Below are positions 6,688 to 15,520 of a stretch of DNA of 32,000 nucleotides, piece after piece. The position numbers and the translations under genes were made by a program. The notes below the pieces were generated by a model. That model made no database searches, was not told the origin of the DNA, and saw nothing but the letters and a program-made list of their open reading frames with translations. This DNA comes from Candidatus Nitrospira inopinata (GTDB lineage: Bacteria > Nitrospirota > Nitrospiria > Nitrospirales > Nitrospiraceae), in contig NZ_LN885086.1 of the NCBI RefSeq assembly GCF_001458695.1, positions 1,020,001-1,052,000 of the forward strand. The letters run 5' to 3'. Within the stretch, counting starts at the first letter, position 1. Every line of letters begins with the position of its first letter.

Positions 6688-7578
6688 TTAGGACACGATC
6701 TCCGTGCCGATGCCCCTGCGCGTGAAAATTTCGAGGAGAACCGCGTGCGGGATGCGTCCGTCGATGATATGGGCCTTTCCGACGCCGGCCTCCAGCGCAT
6801 CGAGGCAGGCATGGACTTTGGGCAACATGCCTTCGGTAATCACACCCTTTTTGACCATTCGCTGAACGTCCTTGCGCGAGACGGTCGAGAGGTGGTGTCC
6901 CTTGGCGTCCCGAATACCCTTGATGTCGGTCATCATGACGAGCTTTTCGGCTTTGAGCGCTCCGGCCACGGCGCCGGCGACAAGGTCGGCGTTGATGTTG
7001 TAGGTGTTGCCCTCACGGTCAGATCCGATGGGGGCGATCACGGGGATGTAGTGGTCCTCCTGGAGATTGCGCAGGAGGCCGGGGTCCACCTTTTCAATGT
7101 CCCCCACCAAGCCAAAGTCGCCGTCTTCCCCGTCCCAATCCCGCTCCAGACTTTCGGCCCAGGCCTTGGCCGTGAGTGGTTTGCTTCGGATCAAACCTCC
7201 ATCTTTCCCACTCAAGCCCACGGCGCTGCCGCCGTGCCGGTTGATGAGATCGGTGATTTCCATGTTGATTTGCCCGGCCAGGACCATCTCGACCACTTCC
7301 ATGGTGGCCTGGTCGGTGATCCGCACGCCGTGCCGGAACTTGGCCTGGATGCCGAGCCGCGTCAGCATCTTGTCGATCTGAGGGCCGCCGCCGTGCACGA
7401 TGACGGGATTGATGCCGACGTATTTCAACAAGACGACGTCCTGCGCGAACCGCTCTTTGAGCGACGCCTCCGTCATGGCGTGGCCGCCGTACTTGACTAC
7501 GACGGTCTTCCCGCGAAAGGTTCTGATGTAGGGCAGGGCTTCGATGAGGACACTGGCTTTCTTGATCAGTCGGTTCAT
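6688..7578 (-). CDS. argB: Acetylglutamate kinase
   Basis: The translation contains LIEALPYIRTFRGKTVVVKYGGHAM..INPVIVHGGGPQI..YNINADLVAG, which are canonical ArgB motifs. Confidence 0.95.
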   Translation of the reverse strand: MNRLIKKASVLIEALPYIRTFRGKTVVVKYGGHAMTEASLKERFAQDVVLLKYVGINPVIVHGGGPQIDKMLTRLGIQAKFRHGVRITDQATMEVVEMVLAGQINMEITDLINRHGGSAVGLSGKDGGLIRSKPLTAKAWAESLERDWDGEDGDFGLVGDIEKVDPGLLRNLQEDHYIPVIAPIGSDREGNTYNINADLVAGAVAGALKAEKLVMMTDIKGIRDAKGHHLSTVSRKDVQRMVKKGVITEGMLPKVHACLDALEAGVGKAHIIDGRIPHAVLLEIFTRRGIGTEIVS

Positions 7579-7664
7579 GGTGTGTTCTCAGCGTGAGATG
7601 GGCCGGGACTCGCGCGAGGAGGCAACCGTGGCGCTCGTGACGGGCTTGTCCTGGCGGGGTTGGG

Positions 7665-9053
7665 CTATAGAATATACCGGCTCAAATCCTGGTCCTTGAC
7701 GACGTCCTTCAGCCGTTCACGCACATAGTCGGCGGTGATCTTCACGACTTTGTCGGGCCATTCCGGCCCGGCGAACGAGATTTCTTCCAACAGCCGTTCC
7801 ATGATCGTGAAGAGGCGGCGCGCGCCGATGTTCTCCGTCCGCTCGTTGACTTGCACCGCCATGTCGGCGATCGCCTCGAGGCCGTCCTTTGTGAATTCAA
7901 CGGTCAGGCCCTCCGTCGCCAGCAACGCCTGATACTGCCTCACCAGCGCGCCTTTCGGCTCCGTGAGAATACGCACAAAATCGTCTTTCGACAAGGGATT
8001 TAATTCCACGCGGATGGGAAATCGGCCCTGCAATTCAGGGATCAGGTCGGAGGGTTTCGCGACATGAAACGCGCCCGCGGCGATGAAAAGGATGTGATCC
8101 GTCACCACCGGCCCGTGTTTGGTGTTGACCGTGCAGCCCTCGACGATCGGGAGCAGGTCGCGCTGGACCCCTTCGCGCGACACGTCGGGGCCCATGGTCC
8201 GCTCCCGCCCGGCGATCTTGTCGATTTCGTCCAAGAAGACGATGCCGGTCTGTTCGACCTTGGCGATGGCTTCGCGCACGACGTCGTCCATGTCGATCAG
8301 TTTCTGCGCTTCTTCCTGGGTCAGATGTTTCAAAGCCTCCGGCACCTTCATCAGCCGTTTCTTTTTTTTGCCCTGGAACATGCCGCCCAGCATGTCCCGG
8401 AGGTTTCCTTCGAGCTCATCGAGGCCGCCGATGTTCGAAATGACGCCGATCGGCAACGCCCGTTCTTTGACTTCCATCTCGACGGTTCGCTCGTTGAGTT
8501 TTCCCTCTCGCAGTTGCAGGCGCAGTTTCGACCTGGTGGTGTCGTAGGAATCATGGGGCGGATGGGACGTCTCGTCGCTTTCCATGAAAGGCGGCCTGGG
8601 CGGCGGCGGCAAGAGCAGATCGAGCAGCCGTTCTTCACCCTGCTGTTCGGCCTTCTGCTGAACGGCCTCCAGCCTGTGACTCCTCACCATGTTGATGGCC
8701 AGCTCCGTCAGGTCGCGGATGATGGATTCCACGTCGCGCCCCACATAGCCCACTTCCGTGAACTTCGAGGCTTCGACTTTGATGAAGGGCGCCTGCGCCA
8801 ACTTGGCGAGCCGCCTGGCGATCTCCGTTTTCCCCACGCCGGTCGGCCCGATCATGATGATGTTCTTGGGCATCACCTCGTCGCGGAGATCGGGCGGCAA
8901 CTGCTGGCGGCGCCAGCGATTGCGGAGCGCGATGGCCACCATGCGCTTGGCGTCCTTTTGCCCGATGACGTACCGATCGAGCTCTTCGACGATTTGACGG
9001 GGCGTGAGACTGTTGAGGTTGAACGGCGCGGTATCCGGCGTCTGTTGGGTCAT
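7665..9053 (-). CDS. hslU: ATP-dependent protease ATPase subunit HslU
   Basis: The translation contains [66 protein letters not shown] set the start at the internal ATG (comp. 9051-9053), which forms an ATGA overlap with the hslV stop. The 162 Arg-rich residues upstream in the track ORF overlap hslV and are spurious. Confidence 0.95.
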   Translation of the reverse strand: MTQQTPDTAPFNLNSLTPRQIVEELDRYVIGQKDAKRMVAIALRNRWRRQQLPPDLRDEVMPKNIIMIGPTGVGKTEIARRLAKLAQAPFIKVEASKFTEVGYVGRDVESIIRDLTELAINMVRSHRLEAVQQKAEQQGEERLLDLLLPPPPRPPFMESDETSHPPHDSYDTTRSKLRLQLREGKLNERTVEMEVKERALPIGVISNIGGLDELEGNLRDMLGGMFQGKKKKRLMKVPEALKHLTQEEAQKLIDMDDVVREAIAKVEQTGIVFLDEIDKIAGRERTMGPDVSREGVQRDLLPIVEGCTVNTKHGPVVTDHILFIAAGAFHVAKPSDLIPELQGRFPIRVELNPLSKDDFVRILTEPKGALVRQYQALLATEGLTVEFTKDGLEAIADMAVQVNERTENIGARRLFTIMERLLEEISFAGPEWPDKVVKITADYVRERLKDVVKDQDLSRYIL

Positions 9054-9598
9054 GGGTTCGCTGCCCCCTGCAATTCTTCGACGATGATCTGCTGATTCGT
9101 ATAGATGTCGATGCCGCCCGCGACCTTCATCGCTTCGGCGACGATGGTTGCGGCGTCCAGGTCGGAATGTTTGAGCAGCGCCCGGGCCGCCGCCAGCGCA
9201 TAGGCCCCGCCGGAGCCGATGGCCAAGATTCCGTCTTCCGGCTCCACGACGTCGCCGGTTCCCGAGATGATGAACGACTGGTCCTTGCCCGCCACCGCGA
9301 GCAGCGCTTCCAACCGGCGCAGCACGCGGTCGGTCCGCCAGTCTTTGGCAAGCTCGACCGCCGCCCTCGTGAGGTTCCCGCGATACTCCTCCAGTTTGGC
9401 TTCGAATTTTTCGAACAGGGTAAAGGCGTCGGCGGTGGCGCCCGCGAATCCGGCCAGGACCTGATCGTGATGGAGCCGCCGCAGTTTTCTGGCGTTGTGT
9501 TTCATGACCGTGGTGCCGACGGTCACTTGGCCGTCGCATCCCATGGCCACCCGCCCGGAGCGGCGGACGGAGAGAATCGTGGTGGATCGAATGGTCAT
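9050..9598 (-). CDS. hslV: ATP-dependent protease peptidase subunit HslV
   Basis: The translation contains [45 protein letters not shown], an Ntn-hydrolase HslV signature. Confidence 0.95.
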   Translation of the reverse strand: MTIRSTTILSVRRSGRVAMGCDGQVTVGTTVMKHNARKLRRLHHDQVLAGFAGATADAFTLFEKFEAKLEEYRGNLTRAAVELAKDWRTDRVLRRLEALLAVAGKDQSFIISGTGDVVEPEDGILAIGSGGAYALAAARALLKHSDLDAATIVAEAMKVAGGIDIYTNQQIIVEELQGAANP

Positions 9599-10536
9599 GA
9601 CGGCTCCTGTTCGTTTTGACGCAGGTCGTCGATGGAGAGGCGTGCCCGCGGGTGGGCTCGGTCGTAGACCGCCGCGAGTTGATCGGCGGCTAGGTGGGTG
9701 TATTTCTGCGTGGTGCTCAATGAGGCGTGGCCCAGCATCTCTTGGATGGATCGGAGGTCCGCTCCTTCATCGAGCAGGTGTGTGGCGCAGGAATGTCGTA
9801 ACGCATGGGGACTCACCGCGCCCCCGGCCAGGCGTCCGGAGTAACGAGTCACGAGTCGGGCGACGCTCCGCGTCGTGAGGCGGCCTCCTCGATGATTCAC
9901 AAAGACGGGGGCCGATGACTCGCAACGGGCGACCGTGGCGGGCAGGGCGTCCCGATACCGCTGAATGGCGAGAAGAGCCACCTCGCCGATCGGGACGATC
10001 CGTTCCTTGGCACCCTTCCCGCGCACACGGACCAGCCCTTCGACGGAATCGAGATCGCTCCAGTTCATGCCGACCACCTCGCTCACGCGGGCCCCGGTGG
10101 AGTACAACGTTTCCAACAGGGCGCGATCGCGCAACGAGAACCACGACCGTTCATCGGGAATTTCCATCAAAGAATCGGCGTCGTCTTTTGTCAGGACGCG
10201 GGGGAGCGGCTTCGGCAATTTGGGACTGCGAATGTCCTCGGCTGGATTGGCGGACACGAGGCCGCGCCCGATCAGGAACCGATAAAAACTCCGGATGGAA
10301 GCCAGTTTCCTGGCCAGCGACGAGGCCTTCTCGCCGTGTCGGTCCAGCCAATGGAGATAACGCCGAATGTCGTCGGTCGTGACGCGGGCCGGGGTAATCG
10401 GGTGCCCGCCTTCTCCGGATTTCCGAAGAAAGGCCGACAACTGCCGGAGGTCCGACGAATAACTGCGGACGGTCTCGGCGGAGGCGTTCCGCTCGCCCTC
10501 GAGGAACCTCATGAAAGCCCGAATCTGGTCTTCCAT
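9595..10536 (-). CDS. xerC: Tyrosine recombinase XerC/XerD family (chromosome dimer resolution)
   Basis: The N-terminal core-binding domain reads [20 protein letters not shown]. The catalytic region contains [31 protein letters not shown] (R..HxxR..Y). It is embedded in the conserved trmFO-xerC-hslVU operon with ATGA coupling to hslV. It overlaps the trmFO end by 28 nt, or by 4 nt if the start is Met9 at 10512. Confidence 0.85.
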   Translation of the reverse strand: MEDQIRAFMRFLEGERNASAETVRSYSSDLRQLSAFLRKSGEGGHPITPARVTTDDIRRYLHWLDRHGEKASSLARKLASIRSFYRFLIGRGLVSANPAEDIRSPKLPKPLPRVLTKDDADSLMEIPDERSWFSLRDRALLETLYSTGARVSEVVGMNWSDLDSVEGLVRVRGKGAKERIVPIGEVALLAIQRYRDALPATVARCESSAPVFVNHRGGRLTTRSVARLVTRYSGRLAGGAVSPHALRHSCATHLLDEGADLRSIQEMLGHASLSTTQKYTHLAADQLAAVYDRAHPRARLSIDDLRQNEQEPS

Positions 10537-11825
10537 GAATCGAAGTCCTCAAGCGCCCGCTGCGCGATCAACCGACGTTTCTTCACCTTGTCTTTCGGCG
10601 AGCCGGTGAGCGGAGGGAAGAGGCCGAAATTGGTGTTCATCGGTTGGAAATGGCGCGGGTCGGACAGGGCCACATGAGCGACGAGGGCGCCGTGCGCCGT
10701 CGTGGGCGGCGGCGTGATCGGCGGCTCGCCGTTGAGCACCCTGGTTGCGTTGATGCCGGCCAGTCCCCCCATAGCGGCGGATTCGGTGTAGCCTTCGACG
10801 CCGACCAGTTGCCCGGCGAAGAACAACGTGGGACGCGCCTTGAATTGCAGGGTCGGTGTGAGCAGTTTGGGCGAATTGATGAAGGTGTTGCGGTGCAGGC
10901 TCCCATACCGCAAAAATTCTGCCCGTTCGAGGCCGGGAATCAAGCGAAACACTCGTTTTTGCTCCGGATAGGTCAGTTTGGTCTGAAAACCGACCATGTT
11001 GTAGCAGGTGCGATGAATATTTTCCGTGCGCAGTTGAACCACGGCTGCGGGCTGGAGACCGGTGCGTGGATCGACGAGGCCGACCGGCTTGAGTGGTCCG
11101 AACTGCATGGTGCGGCGGCCGCGCTCCGCCATGACCTCGATCGGAACGCAGGCTTCAAAATAGGGGATCTTTTCAAAGTCTTTCGGGCGCACTTTCTCGG
11201 CCGCGATCAACGCCTCGTAGAAGGTGTTGTATTGGTCCTCCGTCATGGGGCAGTTGAGATAATCATCCGAGTCCGTATCGTAGCGGGAGGCGCGGAAGAC
11301 GACGTCCATGTCGATCGACTCCGCGTCGATAATGGGCGAGATGGCGTCGAAAAAATACAAGTGTTGCGATTGAGTCACGGCGCGGATGGACTCGGAGAGC
11401 TTGTCCGACGTCAACGGTCCGGTGGCCACGATGCAGACGCAGTCGCCGGGAATATGGGTGATTTCTTCATGGATGATCCTGACGTTGGGGTGACTTTCCA
11501 AGGCGCGGGTGATCGTCGAGGAAAATTGCTCGCGATCCACCGCCAGCGCCGATCCGGCGGGAACCCTCGCCCGTTCCGCCGAAGCAAGGATCAACGAGCC
11601 CAGCCGACGCATCTCTTCCTTGAGGATACCAGGAGCATGCTCAAGATCCGAGGACCCCAACGAATTCGAGCATACCAGCTCGGCCAATCCCCCGGTCTTG
11701 TGCGCCTGGGTCATTTCCTTGGGGCGCATCTCATGGAGCGTCACCTTGGCGCCTCGGGAGGCCGCCTGCCAGGCGGCTTCCGAGCCGGCCAGTCCGCCGC
11801 CGATGATGACGATGTCGTTTCTCAT
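10509..11825 (-). CDS. trmFO: Methylenetetrahydrofolate--tRNA-(uracil54-C5)-methyltransferase TrmFO (Gid)
   Basis: The translation contains [44 protein letters not shown], the FAD-binding GxGxxG and TrmFO-specific blocks. The product is 438 aa. Confidence 0.9.
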   Translation of the reverse strand: MRNDIVIIGGGLAGSEAAWQAASRGAKVTLHEMRPKEMTQAHKTGGLAELVCSNSLGSSDLEHAPGILKEEMRRLGSLILASAERARVPAGSALAVDREQFSSTITRALESHPNVRIIHEEITHIPGDCVCIVATGPLTSDKLSESIRAVTQSQHLYFFDAISPIIDAESIDMDVVFRASRYDTDSDDYLNCPMTEDQYNTFYEALIAAEKVRPKDFEKIPYFEACVPIEVMAERGRRTMQFGPLKPVGLVDPRTGLQPAAVVQLRTENIHRTCYNMVGFQTKLTYPEQKRVFRLIPGLERAEFLRYGSLHRNTFINSPKLLTPTLQFKARPTLFFAGQLVGVEGYTESAAMGGLAGINATRVLNGEPPITPPPTTAHGALVAHVALSDPRHFQPMNTNFGLFPPLTGSPKDKVKKRRLIAQRALEDFDSWKTRFGLS

Positions 11826-11854
11826 GGGTCAGCAATCCTTAGTGAAGGGGGCCC

Positions 11855-11884
11855 ATTCTAGGAACCGCGTTTTTGCGAAGTCAA
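11855..11884 (-). promoter_or_regulatory. Candidate promoter of the trmFO-xerC-hslVU operon
   Basis: On the minus strand: TTGACT (comp. 11879-11884), an 18-nt spacer, then TAGAAT (comp. 11855-11860). An AAGGA SD-like element lies in the leader of about 29 nt. Confidence 0.4.
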
Positions 11885-11959
11885 GGCGGCTTTCGGATAA
11901 CCGGGCGTCGGAATCATCTTATCAAAGTTCTCGAAGCAAGTTCTCACGGCAAGAGCGGA

Positions 11960-11989
11960 TTGAACCGATGAGAAAGCCCATGCTAGACT
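11960..11989 (+). promoter_or_regulatory. Candidate promoter of tRNA-Val
   Basis: TTGAAC (11960-11965), an 18-nt spacer, then TAGACT (11984-11989). The mature tRNA 5' end lies 11 nt further on. Confidence 0.35.
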
Positions 11990-11999
11990 CCGTCCCGAT

Positions 12000-12074
12000 G
12001 GGCGATTAGCTCAGTGGTAGAGCGCTTCCTTCACACGGAAGAGGCCACAGGTTCGATACCTGTATCGCCCACCA
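12000..12074 (+). tRNA. tRNA-Val (anticodon CAC), CCA encoded
   Basis: The cloverleaf was read by hand. Acceptor stem: GGGCGAT/ATCGCCC. D arm: GCTC-AGTGGTA-GAGC. Anticodon arm: CTTCC-TTCACAC-GGAAG. T arm: ACAGG-TTCGATA-CCTGT. The 3' end is ACCA. Confidence 0.95.
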
Positions 12075-12256
12075 TTTTGTTCTCCTTTCCTTCCAAGCCC
12101 ACTCTGTGCCCAGGCCTCGTCGGACACGATGCGGTGGCGCGAGGATCTCGCCGTTCCTGGACAGAACGGGACGCCTCGGCTACACTTTTTTCGGATACGG
12201 ATGAAACTCCGGCCGATCTTCCATCTCTGGAGAAAGCAACAAGCGAGGTGACCCTT

Positions 12257-12592
12257 ATGAAGGCAAGGTTGTGGATGATGATCATGGGCTCGTTGACGCT
12301 GATATCCACCGGATGCGCAACGACCGGTCAAGACGGAATGAGCGCCCAGGAGCACGGCCCTCCGACGAGCATTTACAGCATTCTTGATACGACCGCCCTG
12401 GTCTATTCGGACCCGGCCGCCGGATCGCCGATCAACGACCATCCCCTTCGATGGGTCGGATTTTTGGGGCATCCGTTCGGCCATGCCGTGGATTATGGGA
12501 TCAATCGGCCGCTTTACGTGCTGGGGTCCGGCAGTCCCTATCTCTTTGGCTACACGGCCGAAGATGCGATGGAGCATTCCCAGCGCCGCTAG
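12257..12592 (+). CDS. Small putative lipoprotein (hypothetical)
   Basis: MKARLWMMIMGSLTLISTGCATTG reads as a signal peptide with a lipobox-like STGC. A GAGGTG SD lies 6 nt upstream of ATG 12257. The longer track ORF (from 12014) would overlap tRNA-Val and is rejected. Confidence 0.6.
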   Translation: MKARLWMMIMGSLTLISTGCATTGQDGMSAQEHGPPTSIYSILDTTALVYSDPAAGSPINDHPLRWVGFLGHPFGHAVDYGINRPLYVLGSGSPYLFGYTAEDAMEHSQRR

Positions 12593-12608
12593 ACGAAACG
12601 GTCTCACC

Positions 12609-12648
12609 GCCTGCGGCCTGTGTCTTGGTCAAGAAACAGGCCGCAGGC
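12609..12648 (+). terminator. Long GC-rich hairpin downstream of the small lipoprotein gene (putative intrinsic terminator or regulatory stem; no U-tract)
   Basis: GCCTGCGGCCTGT (12609-12621) pairs perfectly with ACAGGCCGCAGGC (12636-12648), giving a 13-bp stem. The 14-nt loop can extend the pairing (TCTTG/CAAGA). Confidence 0.45.
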
Positions 12649-12724
12649 CCTTCGCAAGCCCATCCCATTTCGTGTATTGTTTCTCGTGTAAATAATAGGA
12701 TTGTGCTGGGGGAGGCTCTCTTCC

Positions 12725-13879
12725 GTGGGGGACATCGCCAAGAGGACCGTCTATTGGGCAATCGGTTTGGTGATGAGTGTCGGTATCATCGCCGGCTGCG
12801 GACAGCGAGCGTCCGTGCGCCCCAGCCTCCCTCCTTCGGCGTCCGATCTCGTGCTGCTCAAATCGACGGCGCTGTGCGAGCCGAAAGCCGAGTTTCTGAA
12901 AAAACATGCTCCGGCGAAGCCCCTGTCGAACGTGTGGGGAAGCGGCCGGGAAATCATGATCCCTCAAGCAAGAAGCGCGTCCCAAGCGGACGAATCCTAC
13001 TTTTTCGATGAAGAGGGTGTGCTCGTCGGTGCCTTGTTTACTTTCCCCAAGGGACTTGATTTGGGCCCCTATCCCGTGCTGCGGGACACGTTGTCTCGTC
13101 TGAAGCCGGCGGTCGAGTTTTATCTGACGGTCGCTCAGTTGGAAACGGCGTCAAACCTGGACGCAAGCGCGATTTTCGAAACCGGCGATGAGAAGAGCAC
13201 CACGCAATATCTGGTGACCGGCCCGTCGAAGCGACCGATCCTGCTCCAAGCGTCCTTTGCCATCGATCCATACGTGCGGTTGTTTTCCCCGTACCGTCGG
13301 GAGTTTCTCAATCGGCTTCAGGGCGCGCAAGACGGCAAGGGGGCTCCGCTCATCGAGGGGCAGGGAAGCGAAGACAAAGAACCCTTCCCTTCACTGCAAC
13401 AATTCGCCCGCGGGCAAGCCGCTCAACTCGCCTATTGCGGAGACAAAAACTACGACGTTGCCGTCGACGCTTACCAAAAGGCGATCACGAGCGGATTCAG
13501 CAACAAAGTGCTGCTCGCCGAATCGCATCACAAACTGGGTCTCTCGTGGGCGGCGAAGGGGCAACTCGAAAAGGCTAAAACGGAGATGCTCCAATCGCTG
13601 GCCATCAGACCCAACGTTCCGGAGGTCTTAAATAATCTCGGCACGGTCCATATCAGACTCGGCGAGAAAGTTGCGGCGTTACGGGCGTTTGAACGGGCCG
13701 TCACGCTCCGTCCCAATTATGCCGTGGCCCGATACAACTTGGCCGAGGCATCCGAAGAGAGCAATCCCCGACGCGCCCTTGCGGAATACCAGACGTTTCT
13801 TGCTCTGGTGGAAGGCAATCCTGAAGAAGAGGCCCGAGCCGTTCGCGCAAGAGAGCGCGTCAAGGTTTTAAAACCGTGA
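12725..13879 (+). CDS. TPR-repeat lipoprotein (hypothetical)
   Basis: From GTG 12725 the product begins MGDIAKRTVYWAIGLVMSVGIIAGCGQ, a signal peptide plus an IAGC lipobox. The C-terminal third has TPR-like repeats (LGLSWAAKGQLEKAKTEMLQSLAIRPN..LNNLGTVHIRLGEKVAALRAFERAVTLRPNYAVARYNLA). The track start is TTG 12701. Confidence 0.75.
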   Translation: MGDIAKRTVYWAIGLVMSVGIIAGCGQRASVRPSLPPSASDLVLLKSTALCEPKAEFLKKHAPAKPLSNVWGSGREIMIPQARSASQADESYFFDEEGVLVGALFTFPKGLDLGPYPVLRDTLSRLKPAVEFYLTVAQLETASNLDASAIFETGDEKSTTQYLVTGPSKRPILLQASFAIDPYVRLFSPYRREFLNRLQGAQDGKGAPLIEGQGSEDKEPFPSLQQFARGQAAQLAYCGDKNYDVAVDAYQKAITSGFSNKVLLAESHHKLGLSWAAKGQLEKAKTEMLQSLAIRPNVPEVLNNLGTVHIRLGEKVAALRAFERAVTLRPNYAVARYNLAEASEESNPRRALAEYQTFLALVEGNPEEEARAVRARERVKVLKP

Positions 13880-14020
13880 GGGTCCTTCTTTAGTTCCTGC
13901 TCAAGTCGCGCCGCTCCCGCTCTACTGGGACGACCATGTGGAGATGAGACCGCGCATGCTTCCCGGCAGGGTGATTCGGTGAGAGGGCGAACCGGTGGAT
14001 CACGAGAACAAACAAGCCGG

Positions 14021-14470
14021 TCAACGACGGGCCCGTTCTTCTTCCTCTTGGGCGGTCTTGCACGCAATGCAGAGCGTGGTCACGGGCCTGGCTTTCAGAC
14101 GCTTGTAGGGGATGGTTGCTCCGCACTGTTCACAGATGCCGTACGTCGCGTCATTCATCCGGTCCAGGGCTTCATCGATCTTCTTGAGCAACTTCCGCTC
14201 GCGATCACGAATTCGCATGGAGAAGTTCTGATCCACCTCCGCCGAGGCCTGATCGCTGACATCGGGAAACGTCGGGACGTCCGGTCGGTTGGTGAGCACG
14301 CCGCCCGCCTCTTCGAGGATAGCCGCCCGCTGCCGTTCGAGGTCTTTTCGGATGTCCAGGTATTTGGCCATCTCGGCGCGGGGGGGCTGTTGACCGGTCG
14401 GACGAGACTTCGAGGAGCCGCCCGATGACTTAACTGCGGGAGCTGGTTTTGCGGTAGAACGGCCTTTCAT
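14021..14470 (-). CDS. dksA: DksA/TraR-family C4 zinc-finger RNA-polymerase-binding regulator
   Basis: A coiled-coil region is followed by DATYGICEQCGATIPYKRLKARPVTTLCIACK (C-x2-C-x17-C-x2-C). The N-terminal extension of about 30 aa is basic and Ser/Pro-rich. Confidence 0.85.
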   Translation of the reverse strand: MKGRSTAKPAPAVKSSGGSSKSRPTGQQPPRAEMAKYLDIRKDLERQRAAILEEAGGVLTNRPDVPTFPDVSDQASAEVDQNFSMRIRDRERKLLKKIDEALDRMNDATYGICEQCGATIPYKRLKARPVTTLCIACKTAQEEEERARR

Positions 14471-14512
14471 GGCCCTCCCCGTCCGATGATGGAAGATGGA
14501 GAACGATCACGG

Positions 14513-14541
14513 ACTATAGCAGTATAACCGAAGAGGGTCAA
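14513..14541 (-). promoter_or_regulatory. Near-consensus sigma70-type promoter upstream of dksA
   Basis: On the minus strand: TTGACC (comp. 14536-14541), a 17-nt spacer, then TATAGT (comp. 14513-14518), about 42 nt upstream of the ATG. Confidence 0.5.
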
Positions 14542-14582
14542 CGGGTACGGAGATCGCCGGGATCAGCCGCGGACCATTGATT

Positions 14583-15185
14583 TCAGAGGTCTCGGCGCCC
14601 TTCGATGGACTTGAGGAGGGTCACTTCGTCGGCGTATTCGATGTCCGTTCCCACGGGAATGCCGTAGGCGATGCGAGACACGCGCGTTCCGAGCGGCTTG
14701 AGCAGTTTGGTGAGATAAATGGCGGTGGCTTCTCCTTCAATGGTGGGGTTCGTCGCGAGGATGACTTCTTCCACACCACCCGTTTTGACGCGATCGACCA
14801 ATTCATCGGCTCGGATGTCCGATGGACCGACTCCGTCAAGGGGAGAGAGGGAACCCAGGAGAACATGGTACAGCCCGCGGTACGCGCCCGCCCGTTCGAT
14901 CGCATACAGCGTGCTCGGTTCCTCGATGACGAGAATCCTGGTTCGATCGCGCTTGGGGTCGAGACAAAATTCACAGAGGTCTCCTTCGGCGATGTTGCGG
15001 CATTGCCGGCAGAACGCCAATCCTTCCTTGACCGATCGAATCGCGTCGGCCAGGCGCAATGCCTCCTCCCGTTCCATTTTCATGAGATGAAAGGCGAGTC
15101 GCTGCGCGCTCTTTTGCCCGATTCCCGGAAGACGGACCAATTCTCTGATCAGTCGCGCCAAGAGACCCTGTTGATCGACTGCCAT
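14583..15185 (-). CDS. recR: Recombination protein RecR
   Basis: The translation contains LIRELVRLPGIGQKSAQRLAFHL (HhH), CRQCRNIAEGDLCEFC (C4 zinc finger) and a Toprim region ILVIEEPSTLYAIERAGAYRGLYHVLLG. Confidence 0.95.
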   Translation of the reverse strand: MAVDQQGLLARLIRELVRLPGIGQKSAQRLAFHLMKMEREEALRLADAIRSVKEGLAFCRQCRNIAEGDLCEFCLDPKRDRTRILVIEEPSTLYAIERAGAYRGLYHVLLGSLSPLDGVGPSDIRADELVDRVKTGGVEEVILATNPTIEGEATAIYLTKLLKPLGTRVSRIAYGIPVGTDIEYADEVTLLKSIEGRRDL

Positions 15186-15196
15186 GCGCGAGACCG

Positions 15197-15520
15197 TCAG
15201 AAGAGGCCGGGGATCTTGAGTCCCCCGGTCAGGGCTTTCATCTCTTGTTCCATCAAGTCCTTGGCTTTCCGCAGCGCGTCATTGCCGGCCGCGACGACCA
15301 GGTCTTGCAGCATTTCGACGTCCCCGCTCTTGATCAGTTCGGGGTCGATCGTCACGCTGACGATCTGTAACGCGCCGTTGGCCGTCACGGTTACGATGCC
15401 GCCCCCGGCCGTTCCGCTGGCGGTCTTGGACGCCGCTTGCTCTTGGAGTTTGGCCATCTGTTCTTGCATGGCTTGGGCCTGCTTGAGAATCGTGCTCATA
15501 TTGCCGAAAGGGTTTTTCAT
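15197..15520 (-). CDS. ybaB: Nucleoid-associated protein YbaB/EbfC
   Basis: This 107-aa protein contains NMSTILKQAQAMQEQMAKLQEQ..GGGIVTVTANG..V.IDPEL..D.EMLQDLV.AA.NDA. It has an ATGA overlap with the dnaX stop. Confidence 0.9.
   Translation of the reverse strand: MKNPFGNMSTILKQAQAMQEQMAKLQEQAASKTASGTAGGGIVTVTANGALQIVSVTIDPELIKSGDVEMLQDLVVAAGNDALRKAKDLMEQEMKALTGGLKIPGLF

Noticed and set aside
6508-7596. Long antisense ORFs opposite real genes. Examples: 6508-7596, 8064-9095, 10644-11861, 14577-15593, 16771-17364 (all plus strand); 19721-20350, 20560-21471, 21739-22365, 22244-22855, 27494-28588 (all minus strand); 27640-28983 (plus strand); 30145-30762 (minus strand).
   Set aside because: Each lies opposite, or out of frame with, a gene that has unmistakable family motifs (argB, hslU, trmFO, recR/ybaB, dnaX, clpP, clpX, the PilZ genes, the permease, nagZ). 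Their translations are low-complexity Arg/Gly/His/Asp-rich, as expected from stop-codon-poor GC-rich DNA.
9054-9539. 162-codon N-terminal extension of the hslU ORF in the track (start at 9539)
   Set aside because: The extension is Arg/Gly-rich, overlaps almost all of hslV in another frame, and precedes an ATG that forms the classic ATGA junction with the hslV stop. HslU homology begins right after that ATG.
9595-10536. Tyrosine recombinase as a possible integrase marking a mobile element
   Set aside because: It is translationally coupled inside the conserved trmFO-xerC-hslV-hslU operon (the codV-clpQ-clpY type arrangement) and has XerC/D-type motifs. No att-like repeats or cargo genes flank it.
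12000-14500. tRNA-Val as an integration site for a genomic island (lipoprotein genes downstream)
   Set aside because: By eye I found no direct repeat of the tRNA 3' end downstream, no integrase and no compositional shift. The downstream genes end at housekeeping dksA-recR. A proper repeat search could still revisit this.
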